Positions 21,802 through 31,288 of a stretch of DNA of 64,000 bases are shown one piece after another. The notes beneath the pieces were generated by a model. That model had not been told where the DNA came from. It saw only the letters and a program-made list of their open reading frames with translations, and did no database searches. Source of the DNA: Candidatus Omnitrophota bacterium. Lineage in GTDB: Bacteria > Omnitrophota > Gorgyraeia > Zapsychrales > Zapsychraceae. Position 1 is the first letter of the stretch. Each line of letters opens with the position of its first letter. The stretch spans positions 33,625 to 97,624 of the forward strand of contig JAJDCB010000009.1 of NCBI GenBank assembly GCA_029261065.1, read 5' to 3'. A program made the position numbers and the translations under genes.

Positions 21802-22067
21802 TAAATTTCTTCCCTTTTTAAAAACACTTCCAATTCATCTAAAAGAGCCTGAGCATCGTCTCCCTCAACTTCTACTTTTAACTTCGAATCCTTCTGGGCC
21901 CCTAACGTTAAAATACCCATAATAGAGGCGCCATTAACTTTTTCTTCGCCTTTAAGAATGGTTACGTTTGAGTTATATTTTGTCACAATCTGAACAAACA
22001 TCGCAGCCGGACGCGCGTGAAGGCCTTGTTCGTTTTTAATCATTAATTCTTTTTCTAATTTGGGCAT
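21801..22067 (-). CDS. ptsH: Phosphocarrier protein HPr
   Basis: 88 aa. It has the His-15 region GLHARPAAMFV and overlaps ptsI by 1 nt. Confidence 0.85.
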   Translation of the reverse strand: MPKLEKELMIKNEQGLHARPAAMFVQIVTKYNSNVTILKGEEKVNGASIMGILTLGAQKDSKLKVEVEGDDAQALLDELEVFLKREEI

Positions 22068-22086
22068 AATACGTACTCAAAATCTT

Positions 22087-23328
22087 TTATCGTTTAATAA
22101 CGCGATACGTCTCTATTAATTTAATCAAAGCCCGATTTAATTTCGTGGAGTCATGTCTAACAAAGTTAGTTACACCTAAAAGATCCGTGGCAAACACCTT
22201 AAAGCCCATTTCTTTAACTTTTTCTGCATCCGCCTTAACAGGATAAGACCCCTCTTCCTTATATCGACCTAGAGCCTCTTCTGGCGGTTCGGCATTGTTC
22301 ATCAAGCACACATCAATAACATCATTATTAGAATGATCAACAATCGCCTTCACATGATCACTCGCTGAATAATCTCCAGACTCTCCATTTTGTGTCATTA
22401 CGTTACAAATATAAATCTTAAACGCTCTTGATTTAGCTATCGATTCACTCACACCCTTAATAATCAAATTAGGTATAACACTTGTATACAAACTTCCCGG
22501 ACCTAACACTATAATATCAGCTTCTTCAATGGCCGCTAACGCATCTGCTGTGGGAACAGCATCTTCATCTGTTAAACTAACTCTTTTAATTCTTAACTCG
22601 GGATTAGGGATCTTATCTTCCCCTTGAGTCTTTGAACCATCCATATATTCAGCAACCAAATGAAGATTCGTTACTGTCGATGGAACAACTTTTCCACGAA
22701 TAGCTAAAACATGACTCGTTTCTTTAACAGCGCGTTCAAAATCTCCGTCTGTCAGCTGTACCATAGCTGTTAAAAATAAATTCCCAAAATTGTGACCTTG
22801 CAGTTGAGAATCTTGTGAAAAACGAAATTGAAATAACTCACCCATTAAAGCCGGTGCATCAGCTAGAGCCACTAAACAATTACGGATATCACCAGGGGCA
22901 ACGATATTAAATTCTTCTCTTAAACGTCCAGAAGAGCCACCACTATCAGCGACCGTAACAATCGCTGTAATATTAGCGCTATATTCTTTTAAACCAAAAA
23001 TTAAATGAGAAAGACCTGTTCCCCCTCCAATAACAGCAATCTTAGGCCCCCGTTCTAGATATTGTTTTTGATACAGTATATTGACTAAATCGCGCTCTCC
23101 TCTTGGAAGAAGGAGTGTCATCAGCGAAACAATCATTTTCCCCACACTTAGAACTATTAAAATAGCTCCGCACAATATCCAGACGATCCCAATGACTTTC
23201 ACAAACCCAAAAGGTTTTGCCAAAAGGAATGCGCCAATTATAACAATAAATACACCGCAAATGGAAAACGTAACCCACCGTTTAATACCCATTCCACGGT
23301 ACAACCATCTAAAAGGATTTTTGGACAT
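22087..23328 (-). CDS. YvcK/UPF0052 (CofD-like) gluconeogenesis-factor family protein with an N-terminal ~90-aa two-TM extension
   Basis: 413 aa. The core carries IAVIGGGTGLSHL...VADSGGSSGRLR, which are YvcK hallmarks. The N-terminal 90 aa contain two strongly hydrophobic segments (VTFSICGVFIVIIGAFLLA; VIGIVWILCGAILIVLSVG). The start lies 2 nt after the ptsN stop. Confidence 0.75.
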   Translation of the reverse strand: MSKNPFRWLYRGMGIKRWVTFSICGVFIVIIGAFLLAKPFGFVKVIGIVWILCGAILIVLSVGKMIVSLMTLLLPRGERDLVNILYQKQYLERGPKIAVIGGGTGLSHLIFGLKEYSANITAIVTVADSGGSSGRLREEFNIVAPGDIRNCLVALADAPALMGELFQFRFSQDSQLQGHNFGNLFLTAMVQLTDGDFERAVKETSHVLAIRGKVVPSTVTNLHLVAEYMDGSKTQGEDKIPNPELRIKRVSLTDEDAVPTADALAAIEEADIIVLGPGSLYTSVIPNLIIKGVSESIAKSRAFKIYICNVMTQNGESGDYSASDHVKAIVDHSNNDVIDVCLMNNAEPPEEALGRYKEEGSYPVKADAEKVKEMGFKVFATDLLGVTNFVRHDSTKLNRALIKLIETYRVIKR

Positions 23329-23330
23329 GA

Positions 23331-23807
23331 TTAAAGCTTAGACAATCGCACATCTTCTTGTTGTACGATCTTTAATATCATTTTTTCGTCCGTGACAGAC
23401 TTAAGACTATCTCTGATAAATTTATCTTTTAATAAACGAGATATTCTTGCTAATGCCTTTAGGTGAGGTCCTGCAGAATCAACAGGAGCAACGAGCAAGA
23501 AAAATATGTGGGCAGGCTCTCCATCGAGAGAATCAAAGTTAATTCCTTTTTTACTAACACCTAAGCACCCTATCAGCTTTTTAACACACTCACATTTACC
23601 ATGAGGAATAGCTATCCCCTGACCAATGGCTGTCGAACCTAACGCTTCTCGAGCCATTAGAGTTTCAACAATTTTCTTTTTATGTTTCTTATCAATTTCA
23701 CCGGAACTAATAAACAAATCTACCAATTCTGAAATAACATCTTCTTTTTTTGAACCTTTCAGATCAGCACTTATTGCTTTGGGACAAAGAAAATCAGTAG
23801 TCTTCAT
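23331..23807 (-). CDS. ptsN: PTS EIIA type-2 (fructose/mannitol/Ntr family; PtsN-like)
   Basis: 158 aa with the active-site His region GIAIPHGK. It belongs to the ptsN-yvcK-ptsH-ptsI regulatory PTS module. The RBS GAGGAGG lies upstream of the start. Confidence 0.75.
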   Translation of the reverse strand: MKTTDFLCPKAISADLKGSKKEDVISELVDLFISSGEIDKKHKKKIVETLMAREALGSTAIGQGIAIPHGKCECVKKLIGCLGVSKKGINFDSLDGEPAHIFFLLVAPVDSAGPHLKALARISRLLKDKFIRDSLKSVTDEKMILKIVQQEDVRLSKL

Positions 23808-23878
23808 CTAAATGTTTCCTCCTCGAAGTCTTACGATCATATCTTTATTCATAATAATTTCTATTAAATACTTAAAAA

Positions 23879-23952
23879 AGCGGCGGAAGGGATTTGAACC
23901 CTCGACATCCACCTTGGCAAGGTGGCATTCTAGCCAGCTGAATTACCGCCGC
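23879..23952 (-). tRNA. tRNA-Gly (anticodon GCC)
   Basis: The reverse complement reads GCGGCGGTAATTCAGCTGGCTAGAATGCCACCTTGCCAAGGTGGATGTCGAGGGTTCAAATCCCTTCCGCCGC plus discriminator U. It has a 7-bp acceptor stem, a GTTCAAATC T-loop and anticodon loop TTGCCAA. CCA is not encoded, and T6 follows the 3' end. Confidence 0.9.
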
Positions 23953-24061
23953 AAATTATTAGTAGGTTGTAGTAAGTACGTTGTAGGTAGAGATCCGAAA
24001 CAAATTTACTTTTCTACTTACAACCTACATCCTACTTCTTACTTAATAATAATTCCTCAAG

Positions 24062-24143
24062 TGCCCCGCGAGGGACTTGAACCCCCACGGATTACTCCAC
24101 TAGTTCCTAAGACTAGCGCGTCTACCAATTCCGCCAGCGGGGC
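24062..24143 (-). tRNA. tRNA-Leu (anticodon UAG), class II with long variable arm
   Basis: The reverse complement reads GCCCCGCTGGCGGAATTGGTAGACGCGCTAGTCTTAGGAACTAGTGGAGTAATCCGTGGGGGTTCAAGTCCCTCGCGGGGCA. The anticodon loop CTTAGGA gives UAG, a long variable arm is present, and CCA is not encoded. Confidence 0.9.
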
Positions 24144-24226
24144 AAGGCTTCGTAAAAATGCTTTCGCATTTAATAAGCTACTAACTTCGCTCTTCATAAA
24201 ATGAAGTACAAAGTTAGTGGCTCAAA

Positions 24227-24302
24227 TGGTGACCCACCTGCGACTTGAACGCAGCACACCAGCCTTAAAAGGGCTGTGCTCTACCGGATGAGCTAGTGGG
24301 TC
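24227..24302 (-). tRNA. tRNA-Lys (anticodon UUU)
   Basis: The reverse complement reads GACCCACTAGCTCATCCGGTAGAGCACAGCCCTTTTAAGGCTGGTGTGCTGCGTTCAAGTCGCAGGTGGGTCACCA (76 nt). The anticodon loop CTTTTAA gives UUU, and CCA is encoded. Confidence 0.9.
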
Positions 24303-24310
24303 AAAGACAT

Positions 24311-24360
24311 ACGCGAAAAAACGCGAAAAGATTAAGAAGGATTCGCGAAAATATGCGAGA
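24311..24360 (-). promoter_or_regulatory. Three direct repeats of CGCGAAAA (TTTTCGCG on the minus strand) plus a degenerate fourth, immediately upstream of tRNA-Lys/Leu/Gly cluster and downstream of frr
   Basis: The region 24311-24360 reads acgcgaaaaa acgcgaaaag attaagaagg attcgcgaaa atatgcgaga. The repeats are spaced 10 and 21 nt apart and lie within 60 nt of the tRNA-Lys 5' end. Confidence 0.35.
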
Positions 24361-24364
24361 TGTT

Positions 24365-24928
24365 CTAATTAATATCTTTTAAGTTTTTGCTTTTTTCTTC
24401 TAAAAGAACGTCAATATCTTTGATAAATTTATCTGTCAACTTCTGTATCTCTTCATGCGCTTTAAAACTGTCATCTTCAGAAATAGTCTTACTCGTTTCC
24501 ATCTTTTTTACTTTGTCATTCGCTTCTTTACGCATCGTACGTAAAGAAATACGCCCCTTTTCAGCCATCTCTTTAACCAGCTTCGCTAATTCGTTTCTTC
24601 TCTCTTCAGATAAAGCAGGAATATTTAATCGAACAATCTTACCGTCATTCATCGGGGTAAGCCCTAAGCTTGATTGATTGATAGCTTTTTCAATTTCAGG
24701 AATAACCGTTGGATCCCAAGGCTGAATAACAATAGTACGGGCATCAGGAATACTAACGGCAGCGACTTCTTTAAACATTGTTGGAGTCCCATAATAATCG
24801 AGATGCAAACCTTCAATAAGACCTGGATGAGCGCGGCCTGTACGAACTTCATTAAATTCGCGTTTAGCCGAATCAATAGCTTTTTTCATTATACCTTCAG
24901 TTTCTTTTAAGATTTCTTTAACTGGCAT
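24365..24928 (-). CDS. frr: Ribosome recycling factor
   Basis: 187 aa. It reads ...MKKAIDSAKREFNEVRTGRAHPGLIEGL... and lies in the rpsB-tsf-pyrH-frr synteny. Confidence 0.9.
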   Translation of the reverse strand: MPVKEILKETEGIMKKAIDSAKREFNEVRTGRAHPGLIEGLHLDYYGTPTMFKEVAAVSIPDARTIVIQPWDPTVIPEIEKAINQSSLGLTPMNDGKIVRLNIPALSEERRNELAKLVKEMAEKGRISLRTMRKEANDKVKKMETSKTISEDDSFKAHEEIQKLTDKFIKDIDVLLEEKSKNLKDIN

Positions 24929-24973
24929 CTGACACCTTCTTGTTAGACGTTAGTAAAAATCTATAACAACAAT

Positions 24974-25693
24974 TTAGTGAACAACCGTACCTATCTTCTC
25001 ACCTAAAACTGCCTTTTTTATATTTCCTTTTTTAAGCAAATCAAAAACTACGATGGGTAAATTGTTATCCATACACATACTAATCGCCGTTGCATCCATA
25101 ACCCTTAAATCTTTTCTTAACACATCTATAAATTTTAATGATTCAAATCGCTTAGCACTCTTATCTTTCATCGGATCCGCTGTATAAACACCATCAACCT
25201 TTGTCGCCTTTAAAATAACATCCGCATCAATTTCTTTTGCTCTAAGGGCAGCTGCCGTATCTGTCGTAAAATAAGGATTTCCTGTACCAGCGACAAAAAT
25301 AATCACGCGACCTTTTTCTAAATGTCTTACAGCGCGACGTCGAATATAAGGCTCTGCAATAGCAGCCATGGAAATAGCCGTCATAACACGGGTTTGAACA
25401 TCACATCTTTCTAAAGCATTTTGAAGGGCCAATCCATTAAGAACAGTGGCTAGCATTCCCATGTAGTCAGCGACTGATCGATCAAGTCCAAAACGTTTAG
25501 ACTCCATTTGGCCGCGAAAAATATTTCCGCCTCCAACGACCAAGGCAATTTTGACACCTAAATCGCGAACTTCTTTTATTTGTTCGGCCAAGGAGATGCA
25601 CATCTCAACATCGATACCATGCTCTCCTTTACCTAGCAAAGCCTCACCACTAAGCTTTAAAAGAATTTTTTTATAGATTGGTTTTTTACTCAA
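24974..25693 (-). CDS. pyrH: UMP kinase
   Basis: 239 aa. It reads [11 protein letters not shown]...[13 protein letters not shown] and is an amino-acid-kinase family member. Confidence 0.9.
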   Translation of the reverse strand: MSKKPIYKKILLKLSGEALLGKGEHGIDVEMCISLAEQIKEVRDLGVKIALVVGGGNIFRGQMESKRFGLDRSVADYMGMLATVLNGLALQNALERCDVQTRVMTAISMAAIAEPYIRRRAVRHLEKGRVIIFVAGTGNPYFTTDTAAALRAKEIDADVILKATKVDGVYTADPMKDKSAKRFESLKFIDVLRKDLRVMDATAISMCMDNNLPIVVFDLLKKGNIKKAVLGEKIGTVVH

Positions 25694-26231
25694 CTTCGTT
25701 GACCTTGTAGCGTTTAAAACGGCTTACAAAAATGTTTTCACCAATACTTGCTATACTTTCATTAATTAAATCTTGAATTGTTTTTTTAGAATCTTTAACA
25801 AACGATTGTTCTGAAAGACAATTCTCTTTGATATATTCTTCTTTATTATCTTGCGAATTTAAAACGTCTTCTGGAATATCATCTTTTTTTAAAAAAAGAG
25901 GATTAACAGCAGCTATGTGCATCGCCAAATCTTTAGCCAACCGACCAAAATCTTCATTAGAAGCCACGAAATCTGTTTCACAATTGACCTCAACAAGAAC
26001 ACCAATTTTTGAACCCTGATGAATATAGGCCTCAATGCGCCCTTCTTTGGCTTCACGGCTTCCTTTTTTGGCTGCAATCTCTAAACCTCTTAAGCGCAAA
26101 AATTCTTTCGCTTTCTTAACATCTCCACTAGATTCTTCCAAGGCATTCTTGCATTCCATAACGCCGCATGATGTTTGTTCTCTTAATGTTTTAATATCTT
26201 CAGCTGAAATCGCCATAACGTATCCTTTCAC
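25686..26231 (-). CDS. tsf: Elongation factor Ts (short form)
   Basis: 181 aa. It has the N-terminal UBA-like [27 protein letters not shown], which is the canonical EF-Ts start. The true start may be the second Met (MAISAEDIK, complement of ~26216). It overlaps pyrH by 8 nt. Confidence 0.8.
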   Translation of the reverse strand: MKGYVMAISAEDIKTLREQTSCGVMECKNALEESSGDVKKAKEFLRLRGLEIAAKKGSREAKEGRIEAYIHQGSKIGVLVEVNCETDFVASNEDFGRLAKDLAMHIAAVNPLFLKKDDIPEDVLNSQDNKEEYIKENCLSEQSFVKDSKKTIQDLINESIASIGENIFVSRFKRYKVNEVE

Positions 26232-26275
26232 CTAATTTATTTGATTAAAATGATTCGAAGAAACTTATCAAAGTT

Positions 26276-27070
26276 TTATTCCGCGGCTGGCACTTCTTTT
26301 TCTTGCGGTTTTTCTTCTTTTTTCTCATCCTTTGGAACAACAACTTGTTGTTCTTCACTCTTCTTTCTTATCGTTTCACTTTCTGTGAATTCTTTCACGC
26401 CTTCAAGTATACTTTCAACAACAAGAGATGTTATAAATCGAATGGACTTTAAAGCATCGTCATTTCCTGGAATAGGATAATCAATAACATCTGGATTACA
26501 ATTCGTATCAACAATACCAACAACAGGAATGTGTAGCTTAATCGCCTCTTTAATAGCTATATCTTCCTTCTTAGGATCAACAACGAATAAGATACTTGGT
26601 AATTTTTTCATCTCACGAATACCGCCTAAATCGCGAAGAAGTTTATCCCGTTCTTTCGTTAACCTTGCAATCTCTTTCTTTTTTAAATTTTCCCAAACGC
26701 CGTTTTCACTCATTTTTTCAATTTCGTTTAAACGACTAATAGATTTCTTAACTGTTTGAAAATTTGTTAGAAGCCCGCCTAACCAGCGATTTTTAATGTA
26801 AAACATTTTTGCTTTGTTGGCTTCTTCTTCAACAATCAATTGGGCTTGTTTTTTAGTACCAACAAAAAGGACGTCCCCGCCTTTGGCAGCAACGTCTTTA
26901 ACATATTCTCTTGCAGTATTTAAACAAGCAACAGTCTTCTCTAAATCTATGATATAAATCCCAGCGCGTTGTCCAAAAATAAACTTCTTCATCTTCGGGT
27001 TCCAACGCTGAGTTTGATGTCCAAAATGAACACCTGATTCTAACAACTTCTTAATTAATTCGTCAACCAT
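26276..27070 (-). CDS. rpsB: 30S ribosomal protein S2
   Basis: 264 aa. It reads [19 protein letters not shown]..., the canonical S2 N-terminus, and has an acidic C-terminal tail. Confidence 0.9.
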   Translation of the reverse strand: MVDELIKKLLESGVHFGHQTQRWNPKMKKFIFGQRAGIYIIDLEKTVACLNTAREYVKDVAAKGGDVLFVGTKKQAQLIVEEEANKAKMFYIKNRWLGGLLTNFQTVKKSISRLNEIEKMSENGVWENLKKKEIARLTKERDKLLRDLGGIREMKKLPSILFVVDPKKEDIAIKEAIKLHIPVVGIVDTNCNPDVIDYPIPGNDDALKSIRFITSLVVESILEGVKEFTESETIRKKSEEQQVVVPKDEKKEEKPQEKEVPAAE

Positions 27071-27098
27071 CGCTCTAACTCCTTATGTAACTTTGTTT

Positions 27099-27149
27099 CA
27101 ATTCTATTCTTTATTTGAGCTTAGGGCAGCAAAAAACCGAATAGAATTG
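27099..27149 (-). promoter_or_regulatory. 11-bp perfect inverted repeat (CAATTCTATTC ... GAATAGAATTG, 29-nt spacer) in the rpsB 5' leader
   Basis: The repeat lies 30-80 nt upstream of the rpsB start (27070) on the transcribed strand. rpsB/tsf leaders are known targets of S2 autoregulation in other bacteria. Confidence 0.35.
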
Positions 27150-27287
27150 TTATTAATAATTAATTTTTTAATATTGAAAATCTTTCAACAGCATATTCCC
27201 CATCGAAAGATCGAGATAGTATAGCCAATAATTGTTTTATTTGCAACCATTTATTTACCTAGAAACAAAGCGTATATCAGCCACCCA

Positions 27288-29081
27288 TTAAGCCTGAAAC
27301 TGCATGCTATGCAACCTGTTATACAAAGGGCAACTCTCAAGAAGCTCATCATGGGTCCCAATCCCCACAACCTGACCTTTCTCTAAAACAACGATTTTAT
27401 TGGCTTTTTTGATAGTAGATAATCGATGCGCGATCGCCACAACAGTCCGTCCCTGCATGAGTTTATCAAGGGCCTCTTGAACAAACTTTTCTGATTCTGA
27501 ATCAAGTTGAGAGGTTGCTTCATCCAAGATGAGAATCGGAGGATTCTTTAGAATCGCACGCGCGATAGACAAACGCTGTTTCTCTCCACCTGATAATCGA
27601 AACCCACGATCACCGATCACAGTATCATACCCATCAGGCATATCCTTAATAAAACGATGGGCAAAGGCCTTCAAAGCGGCTTGCTCCACTTCGGCCAAAG
27701 GAATCTCAGGGTGCCCATAGGCAATATTGCCGCGAACAGTGTCGTTAAATAAAATAGATTCTTGGGTGACAATTCCAAATTGCTTACGAAGAGAATTGAA
27801 AGAGACTTCTTTCAAATCGACACCATCCATGATGACTGAGCCTTGTGTGGGATCATAAAAGCGTGGAATGAGATTAACCAAGGTCGTTTTACCTGTTCCC
27901 GTTGGCCCCACAATAGCAACAAGTTCTCCCTTATTGATTTCAAGATCAATACCGCGAAGAACTTCCTCAGCATCCTCAGCATATTTAAAGTGAACATCCT
28001 TTAAGCACAAACCTTCTTGCATCTCGGGAATATCCCTAGCCCCTTCCTTTTCTAAAACTGTAATCTCTGCATCTAAAATTTCATAAATTCGTTCGTTAGC
28101 CGCAATAGCCTGTTGTAACAAAGCATTAACATTTCCTAATTTTTTGATCGGACTAATAAGCATCATAAAAGAAGCAATAAGAGTGATCAAAACCCCCGCG
28201 CTCATCGTCTCATCCATAACTTTATTTCCCAACCACATAAATATCCCCATCGCACAACATAGGCCCACCACCTCTGTAATGGGTGAAATCAACAACAGCC
28301 GTCGGACAGCCTTCATTTTTAGTTTATACAATGTATAATTTTCTTTCTTAAAACGGTTCACTTCATACTTCTCTGTGTTAAAGGCTTTGACTACTTTTAT
28401 TCCAGAAACCGTTTCCATAATATGTGAAGTAATATCGGCCATTTTTTCTTGCGTGAAAATAGAAATCTTTTTTAACTTCTTGCCAATTTGCGAAATGGGA
28501 ATACCAATAAAAGGAAACACTATCAATAAAATAATTGATCCTTCGGTGTAGATATTTAAAGCTATTCCTAAATAAATTAAAATCATCATTGGCTGACGAA
28601 ACAAATCGATAACAGCGTAGGAAACAGCATTTTCTATAATATTGGCATCAAACGTAATTCTTGAAACAATCTCTCCTGTTCGTTTTTTACTAAAATAGTC
28701 AATGGAAAGATGTTGAATCTTGTGGTAAAGGTTATCTCTTATATCTCGCATAACATTTTGAGAAATTTGCGACATAAAATATGAGTACCAATAAACAAAA
28801 AACTGCTTGCTTATGATAACAATGACCGCGGCGATAGGAAAATATTTGAATATTATTTTGTTGTCCATATCATTAATTTTTCCAATAAAATCAGCGACAA
28901 ACTGAGGTAACTCATTGGGAATGATAATCGGTTTATCGCTAAAAATGCGATCAATCATGGCGGGAATCATGGGAAGCTGAAAAGCCTCGAAAAAAGAGGC
29001 AAGAATCATAAAGATCACAGCGCCAACAAAATAGCGCTCATAACCCTTAACGAATTTTAACATTTTAAGGTATTCTTTCAT
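27288..29081 (-). CDS. msbA: ABC transporter, fused permease/ATPase exporter (MsbA-like lipid A flippase family)
   Basis: 597 aa. It has six N-terminal TM helices, Walker A GPTGTGKTT, the signature LSGGEKQRLSIARA, and Walker B ILILDEATS. It is adjacent to lpxB. Confidence 0.7.
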   Translation of the reverse strand: MKEYLKMLKFVKGYERYFVGAVIFMILASFFEAFQLPMIPAMIDRIFSDKPIIIPNELPQFVADFIGKINDMDNKIIFKYFPIAAVIVIISKQFFVYWYSYFMSQISQNVMRDIRDNLYHKIQHLSIDYFSKKRTGEIVSRITFDANIIENAVSYAVIDLFRQPMMILIYLGIALNIYTEGSIILLIVFPFIGIPISQIGKKLKKISIFTQEKMADITSHIMETVSGIKVVKAFNTEKYEVNRFKKENYTLYKLKMKAVRRLLLISPITEVVGLCCAMGIFMWLGNKVMDETMSAGVLITLIASFMMLISPIKKLGNVNALLQQAIAANERIYEILDAEITVLEKEGARDIPEMQEGLCLKDVHFKYAEDAEEVLRGIDLEINKGELVAIVGPTGTGKTTLVNLIPRFYDPTQGSVIMDGVDLKEVSFNSLRKQFGIVTQESILFNDTVRGNIAYGHPEIPLAEVEQAALKAFAHRFIKDMPDGYDTVIGDRGFRLSGGEKQRLSIARAILKNPPILILDEATSQLDSESEKFVQEALDKLMQGRTVVAIAHRLSTIKKANKIVVLEKGQVVGIGTHDELLESCPLYNRLHSMQFQA

Positions 29082-29221
29082 AATAGCGGCTAATTTACCA
29101 TACCCATTGACTTTTGTCGAGGTATTTGTTAGGTTAGAGGCTTACGTTTCTAAACGTTTTTCACTTGAATTCCAATTTCTTTTAATCTGTAAACGATTGC
29201 TAATCAACAATTTATAAAACC

Positions 29222-30157
29222 ATGCCTCAAAAAATAAAACTAGCCTTGATCGGTATCGGACACCTAGGAGCCATCCACCTTAAAGTCCTTCAGGAATTGC
29301 TGGATCACGTGGAAATCGTGGCCATTTGCGACATTAAGGAAGAACGCACCCAGCGTTTGGCTAGCCACTACAATGTGCCTGTTGTTGATCATTACACAAA
29401 ACTTCTAGGAAACGTTGATGCTGTTGATATTTGCGTACCTACGGAAAACCATTTTGAAGTGGCTGAATTCTTCTTAAAAAATAACGTTCACACCTTTGTT
29501 GAAAAACCTATTTCAAAAACACTTAAAGAAGCCGATGAATTGATTGCCTTGTCTGAGAAAAATAATGTCAAACTACAAGTAGGCCATGTCGAACGTTTTA
29601 ATGCTGCCTTTGAATCCATCAAACATTTTACGCATAACCCGATGTTTATCGAATGTCATCGGCTTAACAACTTCCCTAATAGATCTTTAGATGTTGGCGT
29701 TGTCATGGATTTGATGATTCATGATATCGATATCGTTTTAGGTATTATCAAATCCCCCATTGCAGATATTCAAGCGGTGGGTGTTAACGTTTTAACGCCC
29801 TTAGAGGATATTGCAAGCATTCGCTTAACTTTTGAAAATGGCTGTGTGTGCAATTTAACAGCCAGTCGTATTTCTGAAGAGGTGATGCGGAAAATTCGAA
29901 TCTTTCAAAATGATATGTACATCTCTCTCGATTATGTTAAACAAGAAGCTTTTATTTATAAAAAACATGGAACTCAAATTTCCAAACACAGCCTGCCCAT
30001 TGAAAAAGAACAACCCTTAAAAAAAGAATTAAATCATTTTCTAGAGTGCATAACACTTAATCAAAACCCAATCGTTTCCGGCCGTGAAGGTCGAGAGGCT
30101 TTAGATGTTGCTTTACGCATAAGCGATCTTATATGGAGCAAGAAAAACAAATCATAA
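29222..30157 (+). CDS. Gfo/Idh/MocA-family NAD(P)-dependent oxidoreductase (possible UDP-GlcNAc 3-dehydrogenase GnnA-like)
   Basis: 311 aa. It has the N-terminal Rossmann motif KLALIGIGHLGAIH and the EKP motif (FVEKPIS). Its 3' end overlaps the lpxB start by 25 nt, which indicates translational coupling. Confidence 0.7.
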   Translation: MPQKIKLALIGIGHLGAIHLKVLQELLDHVEIVAICDIKEERTQRLASHYNVPVVDHYTKLLGNVDAVDICVPTENHFEVAEFFLKNNVHTFVEKPISKTLKEADELIALSEKNNVKLQVGHVERFNAAFESIKHFTHNPMFIECHRLNNFPNRSLDVGVVMDLMIHDIDIVLGIIKSPIADIQAVGVNVLTPLEDIASIRLTFENGCVCNLTASRISEEVMRKIRIFQNDMYISLDYVKQEAFIYKKHGTQISKHSLPIEKEQPLKKELNHFLECITLNQNPIVSGREGREALDVALRISDLIWSKKNKS

Positions 30158-31284
30158 TTGTCGCCGGAGAAGCATCTGGTGATATGCACGCAGCTCATCT
30201 CGTTGAGAAGATTAAAACACTTGATCCTCAAATAAAAATTGCTGGGTTCGGCGGACCTCAACTGCAAGCAAAAGGCGTGGAAATTTATCAGGATCTCACC
30301 AAAATTGCTGTCGTTGGTTTCTTTGAAGTCCTTAAACACTATCCCCTTTTTAAAAAAGCGTTTAATCTTATCCTTAAAAAAATAAAGACAACAAAACCTA
30401 GTGCCGTTATTCTCGTTGATTATCCAGGGTTTAATTTACGGCTAGCCAAAGAAATAAGAAAGATCAAAGGCTTAAACACTAAAATTATCTATTACATAAG
30501 CCCTCAAGTTTGGGCGTGGAAACAAAAACGTGTGGCGGACATCAAAAAATATGTTGATGAGATGCTTGTGCTTTTTGAATTTGAGAAAACTTTTTATAAA
30601 CGTTTTAATGTTAATGCAACCTTTGTCGGCCACCCTTTACTTGAACTGATGGATGTGAATCTAAAAAAGGAAGAATATTTAAAAACAACGAAATTACAAG
30701 AATACAAATTAACGATTGGACTCCTTCCTGGTTCTCGAAAAAAGGAAGTGGAACGCCATCTTCCTATAATGTTAGAGACAATAGAGGTTCTTAACAAAGA
30801 ATTTCCTATGCTTCAATTTCTCATCATCCAAGCCCCTACAATTGAGACAGAATTCATTGAATCTCTTCTCCCCCAAAATACACGACACCTAGCGCTAGTT
30901 CCTCAATCTTATAATGCCATCAATGCTTGTGATCTTTGCATGGTTGCCTCTGGGACGGCAACGCTTGAGGTTGCGATATTGGGAAAACCCATGGTGGTTA
31001 TTTATAAAACATCCCTATTAACCTTTGCACTTGCCAAATGGCTTATTAAGATTCCCTACATAGCCATGGTTAATGTCATCGCCGAGCGTAAAATTGTACC
31101 AGAATGTGTTCAACATCAAGCGAGACCTTCAGTCATTGCAAAAGAACTTAAAGCCATTTTCACAGATGAGATAAAAATTGCGGAAATCAAATCTGATTTG
31201 GGTGAGGTAAAAAAATCTTTGGGAGATGGTGGGGCAAGCGAGCGTGCCGCTCGCGCTATACTTAAAACAATTTCAACAACTTAA
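30133..31284 (+). CDS. lpxB: Lipid-A-disaccharide synthase
   Basis: 383 aa. It reads IIIVAGEASGDMHAAHLVEKIK...FGGPQLQAKG, the canonical LpxB N-terminus, and is a GT19. Confidence 0.9.
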   Translation: MEQEKQIIIVAGEASGDMHAAHLVEKIKTLDPQIKIAGFGGPQLQAKGVEIYQDLTKIAVVGFFEVLKHYPLFKKAFNLILKKIKTTKPSAVILVDYPGFNLRLAKEIRKIKGLNTKIIYYISPQVWAWKQKRVADIKKYVDEMLVLFEFEKTFYKRFNVNATFVGHPLLELMDVNLKKEEYLKTTKLQEYKLTIGLLPGSRKKEVERHLPIMLETIEVLNKEFPMLQFLIIQAPTIETEFIESLLPQNTRHLALVPQSYNAINACDLCMVASGTATLEVAILGKPMVVIYKTSLLTFALAKWLIKIPYIAMVNVIAERKIVPECVQHQARPSVIAKELKAIFTDEIKIAEIKSDLGEVKKSLGDGGASERAARAILKTISTT

Positions 31285-31288
31285 AAAT

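Noticed and set aside
24387-24910. Three small ORFs overlapping/antisense to frr (24387-24677 +, 24664-24876 -, 24674-24910 +)
   Set aside because: frr is unambiguous in its own frame, so these overlapping frames are artefacts of AT-rich sequence.
25686-26231. tsf looked truncated (181 aa versus ~280 aa typical)
   Set aside because: The canonical N-terminal UBA-like motif and a core domain are present, and short single-core EF-Ts proteins exist in several lineages. It shows no frameshift signature, so it was not called a pseudogene.
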